Of a DNA stretch of 64,000 nucleotides, positions 50,802-62,488 are shown piece by piece (positions within the stretch are counted from its first letter, which is position 1; each line of letters begins with the position of its first letter). The stretch spans positions 45,818,001 through 45,882,000 of the forward strand of contig CM060732.1 in assembly GCA_030704615.1 (NCBI GenBank), given 5' to 3'. The translations under genes were made by a program, and so were the position numbers. A model generated the notes under the pieces. That model saw only the letters and a program-made list of their open reading frames with translations. It ran no database searches and was not told where the DNA came from. This DNA is from Takakia lepidozioides (lineage: Eukaryota; Plantae; Bryophyta).

Positions 50802-52595
50802 TGTCAAGTTATTTTGCCACTAGTGTGAAACTAGCTAAATAGCTAGCTTTTACATATTGACATTTGGGATTGGCCCAAGTGTCAATCCACGGGTCAAGGC
50901 AAATTTAGGCCCTGGAGTGGTTATCTTCACGGCAAGCGCGGGAGGCTCATCTTTCTCGAGTTGAGCCTCACCGCGCCTAGCTATGGCGCCGTAGTGTGGA
51001 TTCCCCATGGCGTGGGGTGCACTTGGCTTGACTTGTATTTGAGTGATGAGGTTATATATGCATGAGTTTATGCTTCAGCTTTGTGAGCTCGTATGAGCTT
51101 GTGCTTGTATTCTTCTTCTTTATCACTCGAGAAAGATGAGCTCGTATCTATGAGTGCCAGATACGAGTTAGTTGTAGCACTTGTGGTTTTTGCTTGAGAA
51201 TGAGAGAAGGTTGTTATGCAAGGAGCACCGTGGAGCTCTTGGTTGTTAGAAGCGGAGGCGATGTGGGTTACGAGGTGGGTTTCAATCTCGAGCTTCAGCA
51301 TTGAGAGGGCTCTTGTCATGGCAAGAGCACGGCTGGAACAGGAGCTAAGAGGTGCGGCAAGGCCATGGAATGTGCACCTAGGTTTCAGAGCTTGGAAGAA
51401 GAACTCTTGCACCACAAGAGGAGTGTCTTGTGGCTGGAAATTTAAGCCTTAGGGTTTCAGGAGCTTGGCAAGGGCTGTGGAGTGCTTAGTCTTGTCTTAG
51501 AGAGCATCAAGGAGCTAAGGAGCCAAGATAGGGGGCTGATACCTCTTGTGTGAAGAGGTTGCATGTGTGGAGCATGTATTCATCTCATTGAAGCTTCCAT
51601 CTTCAAGCTTGGAGGGTAAGCAAGAAAGGAAGGAAGGGGCTGGTTTCCCTGTAGGGCATGTGTGGAGCATGCTTCCAGCCCGCTGAAGCTTTTCAGGTTG
51701 GTGGTTGCAAGAAAGAATGCAAAAGGGCTGATTCTCTGGTGGTGAGAGTGGGGCATGTGTGGAGCATGCCTTCAGTCCATTGGGCTTTTGTTTTCAAGCT
51801 TTAGAGAACTAGAAGAGAAGGTAAGGGGCTAATCTGCTCTTATGTGACAGTCCGACACTTGTAGAACGTGTTCTGAGTTGGGGTTTCAACTTCAAGCCTA
51901 GATAGAGCATGGCTCTTGAAGTGGCAGGTGTAGGGGGCTGGAATAGGCTCTAAAACAGATGCTATGGCCAAGGGAAACACTTGAATGAGTGCTCACAAGG
52001 GCTGGAAACCAGCAAGGCTTGGTTGTTTGCCATTGAGCTTAGTGGCGTGTTTGGGGAGTCTAAGTGAGAAAGAAGGCTTGGTTTGTGGCAACCATCTTCC
52101 TCATGGCTTAGGGCTACTATTGGTGGTGTGTGGGAGCCGAAAGAGCAAAAATACCTTGCTGATTTCTTCACAGCCGCCCAAGCTCGGTGCAAAGAAGCTA
52201 GAGTCCAGACTGGTGGGCTGTGCCTGTGCGGCGGCCGGCCAACTGTGGCTGTGACACTGTGGCTGTGCAGGCAGGCTTGCCCCCCCTGTGGGGCTGAGGG
52301 CTGTGACAGGCTGTGACTATGGGGTTGTGACGGGTTGTGATGGACTGTGACAGGCTGTGGCCTTTGGGGCTGTGACCCTGTGATCTTTCACTACAACAGA
52401 TGAGCGTTTTTATGACTTCACATATGACTATTTTTTCAGTCTTATATGCGTTCATGACTACATCACTCTGTAGTGAAAAAAACCCTGTCATAGCGATTAG
52501 TCTTTAAGACTGCGTTTTGCAAGTCATATCCATGACTGCTTGCGTGGCACCTGGAGTCCTGCTGCAGAGAGGGTTGCAGTCACAACTATATGACT

Positions 52596-53010
52596 AATAT
52601 ATGACTACATTGTCTGTTGAGCGCTGCCTACATGGAGAGGCTTCAGCGGGACACGTGCGCCACTGCGCAAGCGACACGTCATGCATTCGTCAGGGGATCA
52701 TATGACTATATGTCTGCAAAGTGATGCCTACATGGAGAGGCGACGGATGGACACGTGCGCCACTGCGAATTTGACATGTCACGACTTCTTGCCATGATCA
52801 TATGACTACATGTCTACACAGTGATGCCTACATGGAGAGGCGCTAGCAAGACACGTGTGCTATGGCAGATTTCACATGTGGTGACTACATGACTCGCTCA
52901 TATGACTACAGGGATGTCTACATGGAGAGATATTAGCGGGACACATGTTGCACTTGAGATGTGACATGTGGCACACAGACAAAATATATGACTAGCATAT
53001 ATGACTACGG
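52596..53010. repeat. CACTA subterminal ~100-bp tandem repeats (4 units)
   Basis: ctacatggagag at ~52628, 52728, 52828 and 52918, each unit with atatgacta and gacac.tg. Confidence 0.9.
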
Positions 53011-54520
53011 ATCTTTACACGTGGTGAAAATGGATAAAGAATGTCGTGTCATATACTGCCACGTAATTCTGGTTTGAGCAAGAGTGATGCCACGTGTCAT
53101 CAAGATTGTTTTCCGAAATAGTTTATATTTTTAATGTTCATATTTTAATTTTTAGTTTTCATTTAATATTTAAAAGAACAGGGAGATTGTGCCTTGGATT
53201 TTTTTTAATGGTATATTTTTAATATATTATTTTAAAATGAAAGTGAATTAAATGATTTAAAATCTTCATTACATGGTGAAATTCCAACATGAAAACAGAA
53301 TGGATCCCTCCTGCATATGGGTCCATGAGAAGTATCCCTCCAAGTTTTACTGATATTTTGGGTGCATAAGTAACCCAAGTATCTCTATAAGTAGCCATTG
53401 TAGCTTAGTACCAGGACGTTGGTTTCATGGGGCAAGGAATTTGAACACACCTGAAGTCTACATTGGCCTGACATCATGCCTTTGGCACTTTCAACTTGTC
53501 TAGTGGAAATCATTTGTGATTGTGCCTTGGCTGACCCTGCATTGTCCAACTTCCCTGTCTTGACAGACATACCCTATCTCTTCGTGATTTTACCAAAAAC
53601 ATACATAATTAGAATCATGGTCAGTGTGAAGAACTATAACTCACAGACGGAGAAGGTGTTCCGTGTAGATGATGGGCGTTTTGTCCTGCGACATGAGCAT
53701 GGGCATGTTCTCCTCGGCTTGCCGTGGCATCCGCCGACAACGCACTCGCCTCGCACTGGCGTGGGAGGAGTGGATCGTCCTCATCGTCCTCAGAAGAGCC
53801 CTCATGCAGAATCGTAGTCTTCATCGTCTTCAGTCTGGCACTTTGTCTTGCAGGACCTTGATCCCTACCTTTTTCCTTCGGAGCGCGTGGCTTGCGAGGG
53901 CGATTCGCTCCCGCAAGCCTGCACAAACACCTCCATGACCTCCCTCTCAAACAATCACAAAAAATATAAGCATACATACCCTAATACTCTTAAGCCTACG
54001 CTGAACCACAGCCGCACCCTACCAGGACGTAATGCCTGCCCACGAATGACGGCGGACATCTCCCGCCTAATGACACACCGTCCTCAAACCTAATCGTCAC
54101 TCACTGCATGTTGTTTGCCCTCTGTTTGTACAAGTCGCAGCTACTCGCCCCCATTTGTGCTATGAAGCTTATGATCGCTGTAGGAAGGTTAGAGGATAGG
54201 CAAATCGCAAGTTTAGTGGGTGGGTATCCAAAGTCAGGAACTAAACTCACCCATCTATCGACTGCTTGAACGTTTGCTTCCACCTCCTTTATGGCAGCAA
54301 TCCGGCGCTCTCGGAACTTCTCGTACTCAGTGAGAGGGACGGTCACTTCGAAGACCTTCCGCTTCACCATGGACACTCAGAAACGATACTTATAGTATAC
54401 TATAGATATAAAAAATAGCACATTGGCAGCTGGTGCAAAACTAGAGACAATGCACTGTGCGTAGCATGCAAAGAGGGAAGGGGGTGACGTTCAAAGCATG
54501 TACAGTGCAGGTGGCGCGGG

Positions 54521-55996
54521 ATGCGTAGGCGTAGAATAGATGACCGTCTATGGCGAATGGAAGAAGCTTATGCCACAAGGAATGGGCATACAAAAATGTT
54601 ATGCAACTGCAATGAGTGTCATGGAGGAAAAGTACTCTTGTTGGAAACAGTGAGGAATCATTACATGATACATGGGGGGATCCTCTTCTCCAACGCTGTT
54701 CTCTTCCGGTAAGATCGCCACTTTCCCTTCAGCACTTTAGTTTGAATTTTGAATACAACGATCCTCTTCTCCACATGTCGACATTTCGTTGGGTGATTGT
54801 AGTCAAGAAGTCATAAGAGATACAGACGTGAGTATGACTACGTCACTTCCGTTATCACTTTAATTAATGCACATGTCGTGTTTTCATTGGTCATGTGTAG
54901 TCATGTAGTCATATATGACTAGTAAGTGACTGCAACTATGACTTCAATGGTTACAAATGTCGTGTGTTTTGATTGGGGTTATATTCATAAGATACATACG
55001 TAAATATGACTGCATCACTGCACGTCACCGTGCCTCCTATGTCATAATATGAACAAGTGTCACATCATTGTTGGTCCACTCACAAGATGACTATTGGGAT
55101 GCAGGGATGTGAATATTCAGATGATGAAGACGAAGGCCCTGCGGCACAGCGGGAGCCCAATGTCACAGAGAACGCAGTGGTGGATGGAGGTAGAAATGCA
55201 GCGTGCATTGCAGGAAGCGCGTTTCTCTTTGCAAATGCAAACAGAGAGGTCCCCATTCATGGTGGAACCAATCACACATTTGCCAATCATGACGATGATC
55301 TCGACGATTCGGGAAACAATGAATTTGATGAGAATGCTCACCTGCACGTTGATCCCGAGTATGATAAAACTCTTCCGAGCGTCGCAATGTCCACTTTTTG
55401 AAGGGTGCTCCATCAGCCGGCTGCAAGCAACTTTGACGTTGCTGAACGCATGCACGACCACAAGTGCACCAATGCATTTGTGGATGAGCTTCTGGGATTG
55501 TTGCGTAAGAGTTTTGAGTAGGGGCGAGTCGCGTGGGTCGTCAACCTATGTCAATGAAGCAGGATGATGCTGGCTTCACACTTGTCAAATTTTAACCCGT
55601 ACGCTGCCACCTTCTGAGCAACCTTTTGTGTTTCCCTGGCCAGGTTGATCAAGTGTTTTTTTCTGATTGTGTGAGGAGCCAGGTGGGAAAGTCGTCCTGG
55701 AGAAGAGCCCCCGAGCACGTAGAGTGGTCTGCGACATCTCAATTGATATGATGATGTGGGGAAGTGGAAGGATCTGTTAGCCCCACAAAGACTAGAGAGA
55801 GACTGTGGTTACTAATGGCCCAACATGCAGCCGAGCGGATACCGACGTTACTCCAGAGCAGGTGGCCTCCTTGTACCTCCGAGCAACCCGTATACGTGGT
55901 GATGATGTTCAGCCAACCCTTGGAGAAGATGAAGTCTGTGATGAAGACAGTGATACATGTAGTGAGCCAGACATAGATGAGGATGATGAAGATTAG
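54521..55996 (+). pseudogene. Internally deleted CACTA TnpD transposase
   Basis: N-terminal LCNCNECHGG...VRNHYMIHG (transposase-associated domain) and PLFEGCSISRLQATLTLLN...NAFVDELLGLL join almost directly (~55515-55550) to the DUF4216-like KQDDAGFTLV..F...EQPFVFP.QVDQVFF...KVVLEKSPR and an acidic tail. The catalytic core is missing. Confidence 0.8.
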
Positions 55997-56355
55997 ATAT
56001 GCGCGATTTGTGCACTCCAGTTATAGACCATGCATGATAGTTTAAGGTGGTAACACTCCCTTCGCATTCCCATTAAGATATCATGCTTGGACACTGGATT
56101 TTATGATCAATTATGGAGTGTTTTCCTTTCAGCAACCTTTATTCATTTGTTGTTGCAATTGGCTTTGGACCAACCGTGCTCGTTACCATTGCCATGGGTT
56201 TTGCCTGCAATGTTTTCCATGGATGCACACGGATGTCGGCACACGCCACGAAAGGCCATCCAGACCATCCTCTGGAAATGCTCCAATGTTGTTTCAAACA
56301 TCTCCACATTGCAATGGATACAACACTGACATTAGATGAGTGAAAGTGAGACTAG

Positions 56356-57247
56356 ACCTCCAGCCAGCCGGCTTTCCCACATCAAATTGAAGGGGATCTG
56401 TAGATTATAGATAACGGCTGTTGCCTTCTCAATGTCTTTTCCATGACCTCTGCAATGAACTGGGGTATAAGATCCTTCAAATCACAAGTTTGAGCATCAC
56501 GCACAAGCCACTTACGGGGATAGAGTTTCCAATGCGAACCATTGGTCTTTTATTAGAGTTTCCAATGCGAACATTGTCTTTATTGATTAGCATGGTTGTG
56601 AAATACATGGACCACAATGTCAAGTTCGGGAATGACATATAGTACGCTTAATGTATATGTAAGCAGGGTCAAACTATGTACCAGTGATGTGGCTTGTTCG
56701 CCACTTAACCTGTTTGCCCATTCAGCCAGACTCCACATTGTCATGGATTTTGCATGCTGGATTGTGAGGCCATCCACACCGTCTCTGGAAATGCTATCAT
56801 GGGGTTTCAGCTATGTCCACATTTCCTGGATTATGCCTGCACGAAGCAAGGCCAACTGCATTCAGCACCCTCCACTTATTATAGTATTGCAGCAACATTC
56901 AAAGCACTTCAATTTGTATCCATCGAAAACATCTAGGCTGGAAAAGACATTGTTGCAGCAGAACTTAGGAAAGTACTTCTCCCTTCCACTACACATATGA
57001 AAGAAAGAAGCCAACCAACAGCATACCAGCCAAGAAAATATGAAACCAGCCAAGAAAAGAGCCAATATATGCAGTGAAGGTCGACCTAAATGAAACTTAT
57101 CCAACACTTACATTAGAGGAGGGAAGCTAAGTCATACCTCCATAAGCTTGCCCACATCAAATTTGGGAGCTTTCAGAATTTCTCCTTTTCTGGTTGAATG
57201 AACTTGGCTACAAGATCCTTCAAATCGCAAGTTGAGCTTCACACACA
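56356..57247 (-). pseudogene. RPS3A: Two captured fragments of 40S ribosomal protein S3a/eS1 (56356-56504 and 57137-57247)
   Basis: Copy 1: VRDAQTCDLKDLIPQFIAEV / GKDIEKATAVIYNLQ. Copy 2: TCDLKDLVAKFI / KILKAPKFDVGKLME|gtatga. Both match the eS1 C-terminal consensus. Confidence 0.85.
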
Positions 57248-57371
57248 ATGAACTTGCAGGATTGAGTTCCAATGCGAACCAGGAGTCTTATAATTGATAG
57301 CTTGTTGTAAAACACATGGACCAACAATGACAGTCTCTGGATGACATATAGTACAGTAATGACATATAGTA

Positions 57372-58062
57372 CAGCATCCGCTTCCAGTTGACCATCTAAC
57401 CATGTAGGTTTCTTGTACCATCCTTCCACAAGGAATCATAGGTAATGTGGAGCTTGAAATCCAGCCCCTTTGGATGAATAGACCCCACACTCTATCCCTG
57501 CTCCTTCAGCTATCCATGCCTCTAATAGCCTACAATTCTACCAGCAAACACCCCAACCATACTGGTGTGGAGTTCTTCCCCAAAACACCAACCCTACTTA
57601 TCACAATCTGAAATGCATATGCTTCTCTCTGTAGGTCCAACAGGCATTCGCCTTTTTGTCTCCATTGTCCCACATTGGGGTCGGAAAGTGTTTACCCAAA
57701 GCTTCTCCTCACCTCTATTATATGTTTGGATACTTCCCTGCTGCCACACTGGCGTAACTTGCCAAAGTCACTCCAAACCACCACAGATGTACCCAACGAC
57801 CTAACTTACAGAATTCAATATGCTTTGCGGCGAGTCTGATGAGAGGGCAACACAGGCTGAAATAGTTGAAGAAAAGGTGCCCTACCACATTGTCCTTGAC
57901 CTGTCCTGACCCATGGAGGATTTGACCGATGACCTCTTGTGTGTGTTTGCTTGTGTCTATAGTCAGGTAATGTTGGATTGGTCTGTCAGATCGAACCACT
58001 ACGGCGTAGATGAGTAGTCAGAGATTGAAACACGCTGCTAAGACCAAGCTGACTCTCCCAAG
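57372..58062 (-). repeat. Diverged copy of the 5' coding and upstream region of the PPR-DYW gene (~5345-6125) inside the CACTA element
   Basis: Colinear matches gcttccagttgaccatcta, tgctccttcagctatcc, aacaggcattc.ccttttt, cagaattcaa, aaggtgccct and caagctgac. Peptide KPTWLDGQLEADAV matches PPR KPACVDGQLEAAAV. Confidence 0.88.
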
Positions 58063-59645
58063 AACGGCGAGCTCGCTTGTCCTCGTCTCGTCTCCTCCTC
58101 CTCTTCTCCTTCGTGCATCATTTGCTCAACGCCTCCATCCCACGCCCCGCATATCCTGCTATCATCGCGTTCCATCCCTCAGCTATGTGGTGTGGCGCAG
58201 GAGACAAAAAGACGCCAAGTCCCAGCCCTCCTTTCTGTTCACGATTACACTAATGGGCAACCTTATTAGCAAATTTTTTAACTTTTTTAAACCTAATGGG
58301 CAACCTTATTTGCATTATATGTGCCTTCAAAATGACACGTATAGTGATGTAGTCGTATAAATAGAGCTCTGAAACCATCTTCAGTCATGGAGTCATAAGA
58401 TTCCATGAAACGTCGTCCACGTGTAGTCAAACATATCACACTAGTCATATAAACCATCCTTGTCATCATGGTCAACAATGTTTGACCAATGCTCCCTAAC
58501 TTTCCGGAGTCATGTAGTGATATCCATTACTACAAAGTCATAAAACTAAAACTGTAATGCATTTCAGCGCTCTGTAGTCATGTACCTAGTGCAGTTTTTA
58601 TGACTCCGCCAAACCCGTAGTCCTAAAAACGCTCATCTCTTGTAGTGTTTGTAGGGCTGTGACAGGCTGTGCCTGTGGCCTTTGGGGTTGTAATGGGCTA
58701 TGATAGGCTGTGACATGTGGCCTTTGGGGCTGTGACAGGCTGCGGCCTATGGGGCTGTGACCCTGTGACCTGTGTAGGGCTGTGACAGGCTGTGGCATGT
58801 GTGGGGCTGTGACGGCTGTGACCAGTGAGCTGTGTGGGCCTGTGCTGGTCTGTGGTGGCCCGTGTTGACCTGTGGACGGCCTATGCTGACTCGTGGAGGC
58901 ACTGGTGGACTGCCTAAGGACTGGCATGTGGTCTTCAAGGCCGAATTTTGAAGCTCGTGGAGGGCGGTTTGAGGAGTATCTTCATGATATTCCCATGGTC
59001 ATGCAAGTGAGGGAAGAGAGGAGAGGAAGAGTATTGGGATGAGGGCATGCTGGGGTTAGGCATTGCTTTAGCTTCTCTTCCTCGTAGTTTCCACCCTGTC
59101 ATTAGGCCAAGACATTTTCGTAGGTGGAGGCAAGAGTCAGTCCGGGTTTGGGCCGGGGTGTCCTTGCAGGAGCAACACCGTGGAGTTGTTTTTGGTGTGG
59201 GGGAGTTGTCGTTATGATTTCTTGTGTTTGGATCACCTCCATACCTGCATGCTTGACTGTGCGCCATGCTAGTTTTGTGTGGGCGCTTGTTTTTATAGGT
59301 GATTGGTCCGGATTTGATCATTGGCCAGTCCTAGAGCATGCTGTCGATGGTGAGGCTGGGGTGATGACCAGCCTGACCATCATTGTTTCTCCTGTGGTGA
59401 GGTTGGAGGTGATGACCAGCCAACCATAGGAGTGCTTGCGGTGGATGCAGGTACAGGTGTAGGCTATATTAGGAACTTAGTATTCCAAACCATAAGCCGC
59501 AACAGGTTCTCTACCCGGTTACCTTGTGGAGAGGGGGTTAGGGATATGTTCATGACCGGTTGAGTGTCAACACGGAGGTGCCATTAGTTGCTGGGACAGT
59601 GCCGGTTCGAGCACTAGCGATACTAGTGGGTACACGAGACGAGGT

Positions 59646-61040
59646 GTGCGGTTTAGGCCACCTTCACCTCCTGTGTCTTCTACGGAAGGTTATGATTCAG
59701 ATTGTGAATCAGGAGGACTCATACCGGCGGTGCAAGTTGTTTCCTTGCCATTGTTGTGGGACACAATGGAGGAGATGTATGGAGCTACCAAGGGGCCACG
59801 AAGATACTCTGGGGCGGTGGGCACCAGCGAGTTGGATGATTGTATCCAAGAGTTTGATAGTTGGTGTGATTTGCAGCAAATGCGCAATCCACAACTATTT
59901 ACGCCTTTCATGGCATTGAAGGGGCTGTTTCAGCACCTTGAGGGGCCGCCTATGGATGATTACCATGAGTTCAGGCGGGGGCATGAGGTTGAGATCGAGG
60001 AGTGGAGGATGTACTGGTCACCCGACTATGTCTCCATCACTAGGGGCACTAGAGCCACGAGGGCAGTGGCTACACCTGCCGCTGTACCGACAGCTTCAGC
60101 AAGCAGCAGTGGGACTAGTAGGACTGGTGGTACCGTAGCTACGACGTCCACCCAAGCCACTACCGCACCAGCACTAGTACCCGTACCTGCCTTCAACCCT
60201 GTTGTGGAGTTCTTCGAAGAGTTGAGAGGGAACTACCAAGGGGTGAGGACAGAGAAGTTGCGGAGTTTGCAAGAGTTCCAACGGAAGCCGACCAAGAGCT
60301 TGAGGGAGGCTTTTACTCGCATGAGGCGCTTGATAAATGTAACCCAAGGGGTTACAGAAGCTCAGGCAGTCCAATTCTGGTATGGGATATTGGGCAAGGA
60401 GTTGAGGAGAAGGGTGCGGGATGCAACTCTCCTATAAGCGGCCCAACCCACCTTAGCAAATGTGTTTTTGCTGGCAGAGCGGATAGAGCTCAACATGGTG
60501 GAGGAACGAGTGGTCATGGTGGGATTTGCTAAGGAGACACCACGGGGTAGTGGTGCTCCTAGCCAACCACTACCTCAACGTGCTCAAGGCAACAAGGGGG
60601 CTCAGGTGAAGCTCAGGGAAGGGCAGAGAGGACCTCAGATGCAGGGGTCTCTCCCTTCATTTGCTGGCCAACAACGGGCGGATGTGGTTTGCTGGACTTG
60701 TGGAGGACCCCATGTCAAGAAGGATTGCCCAGAGGGAGGCAAAGGGCTGGCACATGCACAGCCTGCACAGTTGTAGTGTGGGCATTGTGGCAAGTACGGG
60801 CATGGAGAAGCCCAGTGCTATAGTTTACATCCTGAGTTGCGCCCAGGCCAATTCCAAGGGAACAATGGTGGCCGGGGGCAAGGTGGAGCAGCCCAAAGAG
60901 GACGAGGTGGCCAGGCACGGGGTGTAGGCCAAGGGCAAGCTCAACATAGCCATGGACGCGGAGGTCAAGGTGTTGACCAAGGCATGACCAACCGGCTTCA
61001 ACAGCTAGAGCAGAGGCTCGCTGCCATGGCTACAGCTCAG
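59646..61040 (+). pseudogene. Retrotransposon Gag with two zinc knuckles (in-frame stops at 60435 and 60774)
   Basis: One frame throughout. Capsid-like FFEELRGNY...LQEFQRKPTKSLREAFTRMRRL; knuckles CWTCGGPHVKKDC and CGHCGKYGHGEAQC; G/R/Q-rich tail. Confidence 0.85.
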
Positions 61041-61679
61041 GTGGTACGGCTCCAAGGCCGGATGGTCCACCTCCTGCTCCTGAGGGAGGAGATATGGGAG
61101 GCATGGGATTCATGTGCGGAGCAGCACTACCACTAGTGTAGGTGGAGTCTGCTGCAGCCGTGACTCGAGGAACAGCACGAGTTCCTGAGCCACAAGGTGC
61201 AAAAGTGGAGTTGGATCCACAGCGTGGGGAGGCAGGCCATCAGGCTAGGCTCCCTCAGTCATTCACATTGGTAGAGATAGCGTCGACGCCATCCATGGCA
61301 CCTAGTTCTCGCCCAACTCTTACCGAAGCGGAGGTTACTATGCCATTGGGGAGAGCTACACGGGTAGCACCACTACCTAGTGTTGTCAAGGCTACGACAG
61401 CTAGTGTGCTGCTGGGAGTGGCCACATCTGTGTGTCAGGCTCCATTGTTCTCGGCTACCATGATTGCGACGTCGGGGGTAAGACCAACTGAGGTGTTCAG
61501 GCTGGCAGCTACACTCTGTGAGAGTGGGGAGGTTACTTCATCTTCTGCGGAGATAGTGGGAGGTGTAGTGCCGGAGGGATCCTCGGATTTGAGGGTCAAG
61601 ACTGCCACGGCGACGCCATGGCAAGCTGCAGCTGCCAGGTTGATGGAGCTGCCAGCTAGGCCAACCATTGAGCGCGCCA

Positions 61680-62140
61680 TGGTGACACCTGGAGTTGTCA
61701 TGTTAGACAACCGGGATGACATTTTCTGTTTGAGTGGACCGGCAGGCAAGAGGTACCGGCCACTGTGGGTCTTGTTGGACTCGGGAGCTCAGCCATTGAT
61801 GTTGGGCAGAGTTGCTATTGCAGGCTTGGTCCTCACGGAGGCGGATATGGAGCCTTGTCATTTCCAGATACAGATGTCTCTGGGAGGATCGGAGCAGGCT
61901 CGGGGCATGACACGGCGTGAGTTGGCTATCAGACTACGGCCGGATCACCCTATAGATGGCTCAGTGATGCGAGCCAAGGCCATTGTGACAGACGCGGTCT
62001 CGTACGATGTCCTGGTTGGTGGGGCAGTGTTGTACCCCATGGGCTTCACCCTGGATTTTTGGGAGGAGTCAGCTTCCTATAGGCCTGGATGGCAGTCAGG
62101 GGAGGGCTGGCATATGCAGCTCCCTGTGACGTTCATAGAA
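61680..62140 (+). pseudogene. Retropepsin-type aspartic protease domain
   Basis: VLLDSGAQ (catalytic DSG at 61778) and the C-terminal YDVLVGGAVLYPMGFTLDF motif. Confidence 0.85.
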
Positions 62141-62488
62141 TGAGTTGCGGTTGCCCAGCGAGGCAAGATGCCGACACTAGCAGCATTCACAGCGGCAGTG
62201 AGTTGGCCTAGAGAGTTGCTTGAGGGCAACGCTCATTCAGAGGAGGTGCCACCTCCGGGAGAGCAGGATGACATGTATGGTATGGCGGAGTTGCCTACCA
62301 TGGTTGCTCAAACTCCATTGTGGGGCACGAGCAAGGATTTGCAGCGGGATGCTGATCGACGGGTGCAACAAGCCTGGGTGGAGGCTTTTGTACCGTCAGG
62401 AGAGGAGGAGAGTGCGGGGATTGCACCAGGACCACCTCAGTTGTCTCCATTGGACACCATACCTATTGTGTGGCAGTATCCGGATGAA

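Larger units (their letters stand above)
52389..58647. mobile_element. Non-autonomous CACTA (En/Spm) DNA transposon, 6259 bp
   Basis: Left TIR CACTACAACAGATGAGCGTTTTTATGACT; right TIR (reverse complement) CACTACAAGAGATGAGCGTTTTTAGGACT, 2 mismatches in 29. 3-bp TSD TTT at 52386-52388 and 58648-58650. ATGACT/AGTCAT subterminal motifs at both ends. Confidence 0.96.
52240..58890. repeat. GGCTGTG/GGCTGTGACA low-complexity tandem tract, split by the CACTA insertion (52240-52388 and 58648-58890)
   Basis: Rejoining the flanks gives ggggctgtgaccctgtgatctttgtagggctgtgacagg, matching the intact unit ggggctgtgaccctgtgacctgtgtagggctgtgacagg at ~58751-58789. Confidence 0.85.

Noticed and set aside
52596-53010. 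CRISPR-like regularly spaced repeats
   Set aside because: The intervening sequences are homologous to each other, the context is eukaryotic, and they sit in a CACTA subterminal region.
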